A stretch of 64,000 bases of DNA from Limnothrix sp. BL-A-16 (GTDB lineage Bacteria; Cyanobacteriota; Cyanobacteriia; CACIAM-69d): NCBI GenBank assembly GCA_041937175.2, contig CP166615.1, positions 3,488,001 through 3,552,000 of the forward strand, given 5' to 3'. A program made the position numbers and the translations under genes. The notes beneath the pieces are model-generated. The model did no database searches. It saw nothing but the letters and a program-made list of their open reading frames with translations, and had not been told where the DNA came from. The stretch's first letter is position 1. Each line of letters opens with the position of its first letter. Of this stretch, positions 42,538-53,861 are shown piece after piece.

Positions 42538-44100
42538 CTAAACCGCGCTCTTGCCTTGCAGTTGGGCCGGCTCGATCGGCAGTTCAATCACAAATTCCGT
42601 GCCCTGGCAAGGTTCCGAGATGCAGCGCAACCGGCCTCCGTGGCGCTCCGTCACAATTTTGTAGCTAATTGACATGCCCAAACCCGTACCCCGGCGAGCA
42701 GACTTGGTTGTGAAAAACGGCTCAAACATCCTCGATTGAATATCCCTTGGCATTCCGCATCCATTGTCACGAATCGAGATCCGCAGCCATCCAGAGCTGA
42801 TCAAAACCGTTTCAATCCAAATCTTAGGCGGTTCCCGTTTTGGGCCCGATCGCACTGGTAATTCACAAGCTTGATTTTGATCCTCAAGGGCATCGATCGC
42901 ATTCGCCAAAATATTCATAAAAACCTGATTAATCTGTCCCCCATAGCAAGAAATTAGCGGCACATCACCATAGTTTTTAATAATTTCAATACCTGAAGTA
43001 ACCTTCGCCTTGTTTAGTCTGCTCTTGAGAATCATCAATGTGTTATCAATACCTTCATGAATATCAAACCAATCGAGCGCACTGGCATCCAAGCGCGAAA
43101 ATTGGCGCAATCCCTCCACAATTTCACGAATTCGCTGACTGCCAATCTGCATGGACTGAAGCACCTTCGGAAAATCATCCAAAGCAAAAATAAGGTTTTC
43201 CAAGTCCAAATTTGCCAAAGCCACAGCAGCATCAAAAGAATCGCCAGCATCAGGATCGAGGCTTTGAGAATTTTGATCGAACGCCGCCTCACTCAACCAA
43301 TTTTCTGACAACTTGGCACGAGATAGTTCATCCCACTCCCTTGCTCGGGGAGAGGCTTTTAATAAAACCTGACAAGCCTCTAACAAATCTTGAGCATAAT
43401 TGAGGCAATGATCTAAGTTGCCGTAAATGAAATGTAAAGGGTTATTGATTTCATGAACAATGCCCGAAATCATTTGCCCCAAAGTGGACATTTTTTCGGC
43501 CTGTACAAGTTGAATTTGTGTTTCCTTCAGCTCCTTCAGTTGTTGTTCAAGTTGGCGTGCTTGTTTTTCTGCCTTGAATCGCAAATGTTCCTGAATCGAT
43601 AAAGCATCCTTTAATTGTTCTTGGCTGGCAATTAACTGCTGATTGAGAGTCTCCACTTGCTTCACAGACATCTGCGTCGTTTGTTGCAGAAAAACCAAAT
43701 CTGGTGTTACATCATGCAGCGGAAAATCCTTCAGCTTAATTCCTATATCTGTCAATTTCTGTGCGTTGATTGCAGATGGTGAACATAGAAAAAGAATAAT
43801 TTCTGGTTCTAGTAATTCCACCATTTGCCCCTTTAAAACCAAAGGGATATTCTGAGATTCCAACAGAAATAGGGATTGTTTTTTCCTCAGAAAAGCCTCA
43901 ACACTCATGGAAATCCGAGGACGGCTAATCGAGAAATGATCTGCAAAAGACCGCCCCTTCAACGGGTGGGGATAGATTCGATCGAGCGCTTGCCCCACCT
44001 GAACAATTTGCAGTTGATGATTGAGGGCCAGATGAAACGGAAAGAGCTGCACCAGCAACTCCGCTGAAAGACTGAATTGGGGTGAGGGCAACTGATCCAT
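42538..44100 (-). CDS. Histidine kinase with N-terminal HNOBA (H-NOX-associated PAS) domain
   Basis: LFPFHLAL, LKGQM, DFPLHDVT; H-box VHEINNPL; NQVFMNILANAIDA, DNGCG, GTGLG. Confidence 0.9.
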   Translation of the reverse strand: MDQLPSPQFSLSAELLVQLFPFHLALNHQLQIVQVGQALDRIYPHPLKGRSFADHFSISRPRISMSVEAFLRKKQSLFLLESQNIPLVLKGQMVELLEPEIILFLCSPSAINAQKLTDIGIKLKDFPLHDVTPDLVFLQQTTQMSVKQVETLNQQLIASQEQLKDALSIQEHLRFKAEKQARQLEQQLKELKETQIQLVQAEKMSTLGQMISGIVHEINNPLHFIYGNLDHCLNYAQDLLEACQVLLKASPRAREWDELSRAKLSENWLSEAAFDQNSQSLDPDAGDSFDAAVALANLDLENLIFALDDFPKVLQSMQIGSQRIREIVEGLRQFSRLDASALDWFDIHEGIDNTLMILKSRLNKAKVTSGIEIIKNYGDVPLISCYGGQINQVFMNILANAIDALEDQNQACELPVRSGPKREPPKIWIETVLISSGWLRISIRDNGCGMPRDIQSRMFEPFFTTKSARRGTGLGMSISYKIVTERHGGRLRCISEPCQGTEFVIELPIEPAQLQGKSAV

Positions 44101-44104
44101 AGCC

Positions 44105-44656
44105 CTAGTCAGTGGTGTAGTGGATGAGGAACGTATCGCATTCATCACCCTGAGCACGATCGGCAATTTGGGTAATTTCCACTTCCGTATCGAAGCGATC
44201 GCCCAGTCCTTCAATCAAGCCTTCCACCATGGGCCCCAATCCTTGGCGGGTCGATCGATAGTGTAATTCCACCGTTTGATGGCCGACCTGATCACAGTCG
44301 AAGGATGGGGGACGAAAGGAGGGAAACTGCACCCCTAGTCGCGTGTGCAAATCATCCAAATTGCCCAAAAAATCCACCAGGTTATCACCACACATATCCA
44401 TGATTTCCTGATAGCCAGCCGTCTTGGTGTAACCCACCCAATAGTGGCCAAATTTGCGCAACAAGTCCGTTGCAGAAATATCTAAAATCGTGGTTGCCGC
44501 TTGCACAATGTTATGGGTGATGTCGTCAGGATAGGACTTCATCACGAAAAAATGTTCTTCCGAGAGCTGAGCATGGGCCATGATGTCGTCCCAGATCTCC
44601 TGGCCATATTGCTCGCACATCATCATCCGCAAGGCGCTGTTAATTAAGCCATACAT
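44105..44656 (-). CDS. H-NOX (HNOB) heme NO-binding protein
   Basis: MYGLIN, YPDDIT, proximal His LDDLH, PPSF, YxSxR (YRSTR). Confidence 0.95.
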   Translation of the reverse strand: MYGLINSALRMMMCEQYGQEIWDDIMAHAQLSEEHFFVMKSYPDDITHNIVQAATTILDISATDLLRKFGHYWVGYTKTAGYQEIMDMCGDNLVDFLGNLDDLHTRLGVQFPSFRPPSFDCDQVGHQTVELHYRSTRQGLGPMVEGLIEGLGDRFDTEVEITQIADRAQGDECDTFLIHYTTD

Positions 44657-45290
44657 AAAAATAAAGTAAAATCCTAATCTAATGGAGTAGGGAGTTTTGA
44701 GTGCATGATCAGCCGTCTTGCTGAATCATGTTCATTATATAAAGATGGCAGTTTTGAGCGTCAAGGGATCTTGATGGTTATCCTAATGATGCTCAGGAAT
44801 TTATGAGATAAATTTGGTTAAAACTAACACCTTCAATTAATCCGAAAATTTTTGACTGTTCACTTGAACACAGTTACTTTAAAGAATTTCTGTAAAGAAT
44901 CGAACATAAATTAAAGGCGGGGCCCAAACCTTTCAATCAAAAGTTTTGTATCTGTGACATTGCGCGATCAGGTTGTTTTGGTACAGGAGAGACCGTAACA
45001 AAACTTGGCAACCTGGATCCATCCTCAATTGAGAAAGAGTAGATCTAGGCGATCGCGTGAGGCTTCATGAATGAGTTCTGAATTAATAAATCGCTTAATG
45101 CGTGATTAGCGATTAAAAAGAGCAGTGGTTCACAAATTGCTAAGGCGTTGAACTCAGGTTGCGTCCATTCACGCTGCCCAGAACGCCCCAAGGGTCATTG
45201 GCTGGCTTTGGGTTTGCGTTTGCGCGGGGTGGGTTGTTGGGCGCGATCGGCTCGAATCCGTTCTAGCAATACTGCGGCGGGTTCAAAAAT

Positions 45291-45905
45291 TTAAGCAATG
45301 AGTTCTCCCAAACTAACCTGATTAGCATGAATAGCCATTCGCTTGATAAGGTCAGTATCCTGGTACGGAGGCTTCGTCTGTTTAGTCAGTTGAGAGTAAG
45401 GCTTTTGGGCATTTCGGATTTTTCTTTTGTCTAGGGTGACTTGGGTAATCGCAATATTTTTACGTTGATATTGGCTTAGGAAATCTGATTGATTCCAAAA
45501 GCGTTGACCGATCGCAGTGCAGTAATGAAGAATGCATTGTGCGCCTAAAATTTGCTGCTTGATGGACTTTAGATCAGCATCAGACTTTTTCAATTCAATA
45601 TATAAAATCCACTGACCGATAGCAGCATCGTCGCAAATCAAAATATAGTCGGCACAGCGCTGCTCACCCCTGCTTCCTTGGAATAGCTTGCGTCGATCCC
45701 AAAATTGATCGGCACGGATCACCAGCGTTTGTTCAGGGCAGTTAGTCACAGTAAGGGCATACATTTCTGTTATAGATCCTCCCTGTTTCTGTCGCTCTGA
45801 GAGTTTCACCTGATAGCAATGGCGACCATACTGGATATCTTGGGGCTGGCAGGGAACGAGTAGTTTCTCATGAATCATGGAGCGCAAAATTTCTATCTCC
45901 GCCAT
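45291..45905 (-). CDS. Hypothetical protein with PD-(D/E)xK nuclease-like motif
   Basis: RCADYILI...ILYIELKKS...IKQQI; abuts the ATPase stop codon. Confidence 0.65.
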   Translation of the reverse strand: MAEIEILRSMIHEKLLVPCQPQDIQYGRHCYQVKLSERQKQGGSITEMYALTVTNCPEQTLVIRADQFWDRRKLFQGSRGEQRCADYILICDDAAIGQWILYIELKKSDADLKSIKQQILGAQCILHYCTAIGQRFWNQSDFLSQYQRKNIAITQVTLDKRKIRNAQKPYSQLTKQTKPPYQDTDLIKRMAIHANQVSLGELIA

Positions 45906-47291
45906 CTAATCTGCACCCCAAATAATTGCCTCTTGAATTTGATTCATTTCATCGATCGTTTGATCAAAGCTACCCACTTCGATGCCCTGATCGACATTAA
46001 TATCAGCCGCAGAAAGCGTTTGGCGTTTGACTTTGCTTCTGCGCCCTGGAACCGCAATTAAATCCAGTTGGGCAATATAGACTCTCATTTGTTCAGGAGT
46101 TAGTAGCTCTTCCGGTTGATATCCCCAGCGATCTCGAATTTTTTGAAGATGGGGTTGGTCGCGATTAAGCATGATTAGATGATTAATTTCCTTAATCAAA
46201 TAATCGCTATGGGTAGTAATGCAAACCCTGATGCCCACATTTACCAGTCTCGCTAAAAGCCGTGCAATACGGCGCTGATTTTCGGGATGTAAGTTTAGCT
46301 CTGGCTCATCGATAATCAACAGATCACCAGGTTGGGCAGCGTGCTTTAGGTAGAAACCAATATCCAAGAGCGATCGAACTGCGCTAGAACTTTCATCCAT
46401 CGTTAGCTTCAAGCTTTTACGATGACTGGGACTATAGTAAATGCCATTATTACGAACGCTATATTCACCGCCTACCAACTGCCTAAAATCTTCTAAGATT
46501 TCAGGGTGCTGATCAACCAAGAAGCTTTCTTCTTTGGAGACAACTTCAAGGTTGCGCGTAAAATCAACATTTTGTTTTACGGGTAATGCATAATCTCGAT
46601 AGACCTTGAAAAGTAGTTCCATCGGATCAAAATTTTTGTTGGATTGTCCCATTTCTTCTAACAAGCGATTGCGAGCAAAATTCAGCTCATTGCGGAAGAT
46701 GGCTGCTCCTGTTCTTTCAGCACTTGCAATGAAGGGGTGAGGAAGATAATTCGAGAAAATTAGGTCTTTCAGTGCATTAGAAATAATACTTTTAACAGCC
46801 GCCTCAGGGATTAAGCTACTTTCATTGGAAATCAACAGTGTGATTGTTAAATCAAGATTGTTTTGGGGCTTGACCAGGGAAAATATTTCTACATCTTGAG
46901 ATTGAATGTTATGTTCAAATGCCTGATCAAATTGAAGTCGTAAAAAATCTAATTTAATCCTAAATTCAGCATCTTTGAACTTATTTTCTGGGGCAGCAAA
47001 GATTTTATAAAGCTGTTGACTATAAAATTCACAACCCTGCTCAAGGATTTCCTGAGCCTGCTCCAAATAACTGGGGATATGCAGGGAAACAGAGCCTTTA
47101 GAAAAAAGCTCATTGATAACTCTGGATTCAATTTCAAAATTTAGAATATGGGGCCAAGTCTCTAAAAAACCGAAGAGGGCATAGACCGCGTAGGTTTTGC
47201 CGGTATTGTTCGATCCACAAATGATTGTGAAGTCTCCTAGGGTGAATTTTGCATCTTGAATTGGCCCTAAGTTTTTAACCTGAATTTCCAT
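45906..47291 (-). CDS. ABC-superfamily ATPase (AAA_15/AAA_21 type)
   Basis: IQVKNLGPI, GSNNTGKT, SAERTG, LIIDEPELNLHPENQ, ITTHS. Confidence 0.9.
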   Translation of the reverse strand: MEIQVKNLGPIQDAKFTLGDFTIICGSNNTGKTYAVYALFGFLETWPHILNFEIESRVINELFSKGSVSLHIPSYLEQAQEILEQGCEFYSQQLYKIFAAPENKFKDAEFRIKLDFLRLQFDQAFEHNIQSQDVEIFSLVKPQNNLDLTITLLISNESSLIPEAAVKSIISNALKDLIFSNYLPHPFIASAERTGAAIFRNELNFARNRLLEEMGQSNKNFDPMELLFKVYRDYALPVKQNVDFTRNLEVVSKEESFLVDQHPEILEDFRQLVGGEYSVRNNGIYYSPSHRKSLKLTMDESSSAVRSLLDIGFYLKHAAQPGDLLIIDEPELNLHPENQRRIARLLARLVNVGIRVCITTHSDYLIKEINHLIMLNRDQPHLQKIRDRWGYQPEELLTPEQMRVYIAQLDLIAVPGRRSKVKRQTLSAADINVDQGIEVGSFDQTIDEMNQIQEAIIWGAD

Positions 47292-47359
47292 AGGTTCGTA
47301 ACACTACTGATGCATGATTATTACGACTAATTATAGAAAGTGGATCAGAGTAAGAAAAG

Positions 47360-49621
47360 CTAGTGGGCGAGTTGGTCGGTGGTTTCGGCTGCCCAGGCGG
47401 CGCGGACGAGGCGAATATCGGCGTAGGTGTGGCGCTGTTGTAAGAATTCGTAGATTTCTGTGAGGCGTTGGGCCCCGCAATGGTCGATCGCCCGAACAAT
47501 GTCTTGCTGGATGTCGGGAGCCACGAAATCATCGATGTTGATCGCGTAGCCCTTGCGAATCAGCTCTTCGATGTGGGTGGTGATCGTGGTGGTGCGTAGG
47601 TTGCGGGCTTCGGCGATGTCGGCCAGGCGGTGGCCCTGTTGGTAGAGTTCCCAGGTGCTGTAGATCGTGGTGCTGACGGCGCGGCTGGTGCGATCGCTGA
47701 TTCGTTGGTCGATCGCCTTGGCCGGTGAATCCAGGTTGAATTCTTGGCAAAAAGCCCCGATCGCCGCCGTGAAGGTTTGGCCGTATTGCTCCAGTTTGCG
47801 GCGACCCACTCCGGGCACATCGGCAAATTGCGCCAAATCCAGGGGCCGCAGCTTGGCCATGGCCCGCAGGCTGGCATCGGTGAACACCACGTAGGGCGGC
47901 ACGTTTTGTTCGTCGGCCAGTTGTTTGCGCAGTTGCCGCAGCCGATCGAACAGGGGCTGTTCTTCGGGGGCCAGGTCTTCGGTGTTGCTGGTGGGGCGAT
48001 CGCGCCGTTGGGGTGGCACGGCGACCCAGACTTCTCGCTGTTTGCGCAGCACTTCCCAACTGAGGGCGTTTAACCGCAAGACCCGATAGCCATCGGTGGT
48101 TTCATCGACCAAGCCTTCGTGCCGGAGCGATCGCGCCAGCAAATGCCACTGTTCCGCCGTCCGATCCTTGCCAATGCCGTAGGTCGAGAGTTCTTGGTGG
48201 TTATTACGCAAAATCTTTTCGTTTTTGGAGCCGCGCAACACATCGATGATGTATTGCGTGCCGAACCGCTCCCGCACCCGGGCCACGCAGGAGAGGAATT
48301 TTTGGGCCGGAATCGTCCAATCCTCTAGGGGTTTGGGGTCGCGGCAATTATCGCAGCCGTTGCAGTTGCCGGGAAAGGCTTCGCCAAAATAGCCCAGTTG
48401 GATCGTGCGGCGGCAAACGGTGCTTTCGGCATAGTCGATCGTCTGGCGCAGTTGCTGTTGGGCGATCCGCTGTTCGTTGGGGTCGGGCTTTTGGCCGATC
48501 AAATATTCAATGCTGCGAATGTCGCCCGTGCCGAAATAGAGGATGCAGCGGGCGGGGTCGCCATCGCGGCCGGCGCGGCCCGATTCTTGGTAATAGCCTT
48601 CCAGGTTGCGGGGCAGGTCGTAATGCACCACCAGCCGCACATCGGGCTTGTTGATGCCCATGCCAAAGGCGATCGTCGCCACCATCACCCGCACATCGTC
48701 GCGAATAAAGCGGGTTTGGTTGTCAGCGCGGCTTTCGTTGTCCATGCCCGCGTGGTAGGCCAGCGCTTCGATGCCGTCCATTTGCAGCTTGCGGGTCAGC
48801 TCGTCCACCCGTTTGCGACTGAAGCAATAGACGATCGCGGAGCCATCGGTGGTGCGCAACAACCGCAGCAGTTCGGGATAGGTGTTGCGATCCTTGGGCC
48901 GCACTTCGTAATACAAATTGGGGCGGTTGAAGCTGGCGATATGGATTCGCGGATCGCGCAACTGCAACTGATGCACGATGTCTTGGCGGACGCGATCGGT
49001 GGCCGTGGCGGTCAGGGCCATGAAGGGCACGTTGGGATAGCGATCGCGCAGGCTCCAAAGTTGCCGATATTCCGGGCGGAAGTCGTGGCCCCACTCGGAA
49101 ACGCAATGGGCCTCATCGATCGCGAATTGGGCCAAACCGATCGTCTGATGGATTCGATCGATTAGGGGCAAAAACCCTTCGGTCATCAACCGTTCGGGCG
49201 CAACGTAGACCAACCTATAGACGTTGTTCAGCAGTTCCAATTCGCGCGATCGCAACTCGGCTACGCCCAAACTGCTGTTCAGAAAGGTGGCGGAAATGCC
49301 GTTATCGCGCAGGGCGGCCACCTGGTCTTGCATCAGGGCAATCAGCGGCGACACCACCACGGTCAGCCCCGGTTGCAACAGGGCGGGCAGTTGGAAACAG
49401 AGGGATTTGCCGCCGCCCGTGGGAATCACGACCAGTTGATCGCGCCCGGCCAGTGCTGCTTCCACGATCTCCCGCTGGCCGGGCCGAAAGCTGCGATAGC
49501 CAAAATACTGCTTGAGGGCCTGGTCAAGGTTGGGATCGGTGACCCGATCGGGCGCTGTGAAGGGTTGCCCCGCCGTTTGGTTTGTTGTCTGACCAACCCC
49601 GATCATGTGCCTTGCCGTCAC
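47360..49621 (-). CDS. recQ: DNA helicase RecQ
   Basis: [40 protein letters not shown]-terminal HTH; exact start uncertain. Confidence 0.97.
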   Translation of the reverse strand: MTARHMIGVGQTTNQTAGQPFTAPDRVTDPNLDQALKQYFGYRSFRPGQREIVEAALAGRDQLVVIPTGGGKSLCFQLPALLQPGLTVVVSPLIALMQDQVAALRDNGISATFLNSSLGVAELRSRELELLNNVYRLVYVAPERLMTEGFLPLIDRIHQTIGLAQFAIDEAHCVSEWGHDFRPEYRQLWSLRDRYPNVPFMALTATATDRVRQDIVHQLQLRDPRIHIASFNRPNLYYEVRPKDRNTYPELLRLLRTTDGSAIVYCFSRKRVDELTRKLQMDGIEALAYHAGMDNESRADNQTRFIRDDVRVMVATIAFGMGINKPDVRLVVHYDLPRNLEGYYQESGRAGRDGDPARCILYFGTGDIRSIEYLIGQKPDPNEQRIAQQQLRQTIDYAESTVCRRTIQLGYFGEAFPGNCNGCDNCRDPKPLEDWTIPAQKFLSCVARVRERFGTQYIIDVLRGSKNEKILRNNHQELSTYGIGKDRTAEQWHLLARSLRHEGLVDETTDGYRVLRLNALSWEVLRKQREVWVAVPPQRRDRPTSNTEDLAPEEQPLFDRLRQLRKQLADEQNVPPYVVFTDASLRAMAKLRPLDLAQFADVPGVGRRKLEQYGQTFTAAIGAFCQEFNLDSPAKAIDQRISDRTSRAVSTTIYSTWELYQQGHRLADIAEARNLRTTTITTHIEELIRKGYAINIDDFVAPDIQQDIVRAIDHCGAQRLTEIYEFLQQRHTYADIRLVRAAWAAETTDQLAH

Positions 49622-49790
49622 TCGCCGTGCAATTCCTTGCTGAATTTAGCTCAAAACGGCAGTCCATACCGATCGGGCTGGGGAGGGGCGATCGATCCAA
49701 GTCTGGGGTTCATGGGCAACCTGGCATAAGCAAGAAAATAGTCCTCATCAATGTCAAAATAATCACCAATGGGCTGATCTGCATACGGGC

Positions 49791-50546
49791 ATGAACTCTT
49801 CCTTTTTGTGGCGGTGGCTTGTGCGGCAATCTTGCACAGTCGGGATGCTGCCCGTGAATCATTCGGTTTCTGGATTGGGTTTTGGCTCCGTGGTTTTGGG
49901 TAATAACCTGGATTCTGGATTGGGTTCTGGCGCTGTAACATTGAGTGACGAGCCATCAGGTCATCCAAGACAGGAACCTTCTCACTCAATTTCGGGCTGT
50001 TTATTGACAGATCCCGCAGTTTTGGGTCACTCAGGGGCGGGGTTTACGCTGCTGGAATTGTTGATGGTGGCGGCGCTGGTGGGCATCCTCAGCGCGATCG
50101 CTGCGCCCGTTTGGCTATCTTTTGCCGATAACCAACGCCTCAGCGCAGCCCAGGATGCGGCCTTTCGGACGATGCGGATTGCCCAGGCCCGGGCCCGCCA
50201 CAATCGACGGATTTGGGAAGTATGTTTTCGGGATACGGGTCGATCGGTGGAGTTGGCGGTGCAACCCGCTCGAACAGGATTTTGTGACAATGCCCGGTGG
50301 GAACCCCTGCTGGCGGAAGCAACGGGCACGATCGGTGTGGCGATCGATGGGGACAACAGCACCCTGCGATCGCGCAGTGGCGTTTACCGAATGCAATTCC
50401 AGGGCAGTGGCTGGGTGAATGGGCAACTGGGCCGAGTCACCTTTCAACTGCGCGATCGGGGGGATGATAGCCGCCGGAGTTGCGTGTTTGTGTCAACCCT
50501 CTTGGGTGCGTTACGGGGCGATCGCGATCGGGCCTGTTTGCGCTGA
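49791..50546 (+). CDS. Type IV pilin-like/pseudopilin (FimT-like); true start probably downstream
   Basis: G|FTLLELLMVAALVGILSAIAAP prepilin motif. Confidence 0.8.
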   Translation: MNSSFLWRWLVRQSCTVGMLPVNHSVSGLGFGSVVLGNNLDSGLGSGAVTLSDEPSGHPRQEPSHSISGCLLTDPAVLGHSGAGFTLLELLMVAALVGILSAIAAPVWLSFADNQRLSAAQDAAFRTMRIAQARARHNRRIWEVCFRDTGRSVELAVQPARTGFCDNARWEPLLAEATGTIGVAIDGDNSTLRSRSGVYRMQFQGSGWVNGQLGRVTFQLRDRGDDSRRSCVFVSTLLGALRGDRDRACLR

Positions 50547-50600
50547 TTCGCTGGTGCTGATCTCGATGGTTCGCTGGCGGCTGTTTTAAGTTCCAGCTTT

Positions 50601-51089
50601 TTAATTTCCAGTTTTTTCGCTTGCGCCCTGGCCCAACTCGGGAGCCACGGGATACCAACGCCAGCGCTGGAGCCGAAACTGTAATGTTGTGAACCGGGCC
50701 CGTTCCGCCATTGGGAGATTGAGCAATTGCTCCACGGGTCTTACTGTGCCATCGGTCTGCACAGCCAAATTATCCGCGTCTAGTTCCAACATCCAATTGC
50801 CGAACCGACAGGTGACCGGCGCAATCCGAAAGCCACTCAAGGACTCGATCGGGTGGCCAATGCGGGCCCCCACGCAAAACACATCCTCCGGGGCCCGACT
50901 CACGCCCCGCAGCGCGATCGCCACTTCCTCGCGTAATTGCTCAGATTGCTCAATTAACGATTGCCACTCGGCCAGGCTGGAGGAACCACCGGCCAAAGCA
51001 GGCTGGACTTCCCAGCCAACGGTGGTCGCTCGGACAACGCCCACCAGAATGGTGATTAGCCCCAAAGTCCAATGTACGTATTTACCCAT
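50601..51089 (-). CDS. Hypothetical secreted protein
   Basis: Hydrophobic N-terminus with ALA site, two Cys. Confidence 0.6.
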   Translation of the reverse strand: MGKYVHWTLGLITILVGVVRATTVGWEVQPALAGGSSSLAEWQSLIEQSEQLREEVAIALRGVSRAPEDVFCVGARIGHPIESLSGFRIAPVTCRFGNWMLELDADNLAVQTDGTVRPVEQLLNLPMAERARFTTLQFRLQRWRWYPVAPELGQGASEKTGN

Positions 51090-51394
51090 TGATCGGGAAG
51101 CAACCGCCGAGCGCCCAGACGATTACGTAGCCTCTGTTACAGTTTTAGCCCGATCGCCTCGACCTCCGCTCGGTTCTCAAGAAAACCACACAGCAATTTC
51201 AGTGCGTCTGGTCACCACGATCCGATCGCCTGCCTCGTATCATGCAACCGAAGCGGGCCCCTCATCGGATTGGCCCACGGAAAACGGCCGAGAGGTGAGT
51301 TAAGCACAGCACTGACAACCCTCCTCCACCCGGCCGCTATTCACCGGGCAATCCTAACCTCACCCCAGCAAACCCTCAGAGCCACTGACTGACC

Positions 51395-52294
51395 ATGGAT
51401 CACGAAAGCGAATACATCAGCAAAGCCGAAGCCACCCGGGTGCGCGTTCTCAGCGAAGCCCTGCCCTACATTCAGCAGTTTGCCGGGCGCACGGTGGTGG
51501 TGAAATATGGCGGCGCAGCCATGAAAGACGATCGCCTCAAGGACAAGGTGATTCGTGATGTTGTGTTCATGTCCTGTGTGGGGCTACGTCCGGTGGTGGT
51601 GCATGGGGGCGGGCCGGAAATTAACAACTGGCTGGGCAAACTCAACATCGAGCCACAGTTTCGCGACGGGCTGCGGGTGACCGACTCCGACACCATGGAC
51701 GTGGTGGAAATGGTGTTGGTGGGCCGTGTGAATAAGGAATTGGTCTCGCTGATTAACCAGGCCGGCGGCATGGCGATCGGGCTGTGCGGCAAAGATGGCA
51801 ACCTGGTGACCGCTCGCCAAAAGGGCAACCGTGAGGAAATTGGCTTTGTGGGCGAAGTCAACAGCATCAACATCGATGTGTTGGAACCGATGCTGAACAA
51901 TGGCTACATTCCCGTGATTTCCAGTGTGGCGGCCGATGCGGATGGCCAAGCCTACAACATCAATGCGGACACGGTGGCCGGGGAGTTGGCCGCCGCCCTA
52001 GGAGCCGAGAAGATGATTCTGCTGACGGATACGGCCGGGGTGCTGCGGGACTATAAAGATCCTTCAACCCTAATCCCCAAGGTGGATATTCAAGGGGCCC
52101 GGGAGCTAATTTCCCAAGGTGTTGTCGGCGGCGGCATGATTCCCAAGGTGAACTGTTGTGTCCGATCGCTGGCCCAGGGGGTGCGGGCTGCTCACATTAT
52201 TGATGGCCGGATTCCCCACGCCCTGTTGCTGGAAATTTTTACGGACGCGGGAATCGGAACCATGATTGTGGCCTCCGATCTGATGAAGTCCTAG
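51395..52294 (+). CDS. argB: Acetylglutamate kinase
   Basis: [34 protein letters not shown]. Confidence 0.98.
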   Translation: MDHESEYISKAEATRVRVLSEALPYIQQFAGRTVVVKYGGAAMKDDRLKDKVIRDVVFMSCVGLRPVVVHGGGPEINNWLGKLNIEPQFRDGLRVTDSDTMDVVEMVLVGRVNKELVSLINQAGGMAIGLCGKDGNLVTARQKGNREEIGFVGEVNSINIDVLEPMLNNGYIPVISSVAADADGQAYNINADTVAGELAAALGAEKMILLTDTAGVLRDYKDPSTLIPKVDIQGARELISQGVVGGGMIPKVNCCVRSLAQGVRAAHIIDGRIPHALLLEIFTDAGIGTMIVASDLMKS

Positions 52295-52348
52295 GGGGTG
52301 GGCGCGGTTCTTCACAATCCGGATCCGGTTGCTATGAGACAGTGGGGG

Positions 52349-52368
52349 CAAGGGGCTGAAGCCCCTTG
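52349..52368. repeat. REP-like palindrome variant
   Basis: CAAGGGGCTGAAGCCCCTTG followed by TCTAG. Confidence 0.85.
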
Positions 52369-52434
52369 TCTAGTATGGATATTGCGGAAGTTCCCTGAAG
52401 CAACCTGAACCGTTCTGAACTGTTTCGAGCAATC

Positions 52435-53532
52435 ATGACCTATTCCACAAACATCCTGGGCGTGGCGATCGCCGGTACGGGGTTTGGCCAAAAAATCCAT
52501 CTGCCGGTGTTGCAACAGCACCATCGCACCCGCCCGATCGCCCTGTACCATCGCCAAGTTCAAACGGCCCAGGCGATCGCCCAACGGCATCAGCTTCCCT
52601 ATGCTTTCGATAGCTTTGAGGAAATGGTGGCCCTGCCGGAGGTGCAAGCGGTGATGATTTCTACGCCGCCTTTTTTGCACTACGCCATGGCCCAAACGGC
52701 CCTGGCGGCCGGGAAGCATGTGCTGTTGGAAAAACCGGTGACGATGACGGCGCAAGAGGCGATCGCCCTGGAGCAGTTGGCTACAAAAACAGGGGCGATC
52801 GTGGCGGTGGATTTTGAGTTTCGGATGGTTCCGGCTTGGCAATATTTGGCGGAGCTGCTGGCGGACGATCGCGTGGGTCAAAAACGCCTGATCAAAATCG
52901 ACTGGATGGCCTCCAGTCGGGCCGATGCCAGCCGGCCTTGGAATTGGTATGCCCAGCGATCGAGCGGCGGCGGGGCCCTCGGGGCGATCGGGTCTCACAC
53001 CTTCGACTACATCCATTGGCTATTTGGGCCCGTGCGGCGGTTATTTGCCCATTTGGTTACCTCCGTGCCCGATCGACCCGACCCCAGCAGCGGCCAACTG
53101 AAACCGGTGGATTCCGATGATATTTGCCAAATCTTGCTGGAGCTGACCGACGGCACGCCGGTTCAGGTCTGTTTAAGCTCCACAACCTACCAAGGGCGGG
53201 GTCATTGGGTGGAAATCTATGGCGATCGGGGCACGCTGATTTTGGGCAGCGACAACCAAGCGGACTATATCCACGGGTTCAAGCTTTGGTATGCACCCGC
53301 AGGCGAGCCGTTGCAAGAATTGCCCATTCCCGATCGGCTGGCGTTTCCCCAAACCTATCCCGATGGGCGGATGGCGGCCGTGTTGCGGGTGGTCGATCGC
53401 TGGGTGCAGGCGATCGATCAAGGCCAGGCGATCGCCCCATCCCTCCGCGAGGGGATTGCGTCTCAGCAGCTCATGGACTTGGCCCACGAATCCCACGATC
53501 GGGGGCAATGGGTGACGGTTCCCGATGCTTAA
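52435..53532 (+). CDS. Gfo/Idh/MocA oxidoreductase
   Basis: GTGFG, HVLLEKP, VDFEFR, GGGALGAIGSH. Confidence 0.9.
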   Translation: MTYSTNILGVAIAGTGFGQKIHLPVLQQHHRTRPIALYHRQVQTAQAIAQRHQLPYAFDSFEEMVALPEVQAVMISTPPFLHYAMAQTALAAGKHVLLEKPVTMTAQEAIALEQLATKTGAIVAVDFEFRMVPAWQYLAELLADDRVGQKRLIKIDWMASSRADASRPWNWYAQRSSGGGALGAIGSHTFDYIHWLFGPVRRLFAHLVTSVPDRPDPSSGQLKPVDSDDICQILLELTDGTPVQVCLSSTTYQGRGHWVEIYGDRGTLILGSDNQADYIHGFKLWYAPAGEPLQELPIPDRLAFPQTYPDGRMAAVLRVVDRWVQAIDQGQAIAPSLREGIASQQLMDLAHESHDRGQWVTVPDA

Positions 53533-53711
53533 TCGCCCCAAACCCACCAGGGCTGCCCCTTGCGAACCGGGGTGGCGAGCGACCCCTGTTGAAATATCTT
53601 CGATCTGAACTATGCTCTTGAGATGAATCTGCCCAGCTCGATCGACGGCGGCCACAGCGAAACCATTTGGCATTCCGTCGCCAGCCGCTGGGCAACCCGC
53701 TCGTGATTCAA

Positions 53712-53826
<115 letters not shown>

Positions 53827-53861
53827 GTGTTTATTCCTTCCACTTCTGCGAGGTTCGGACT

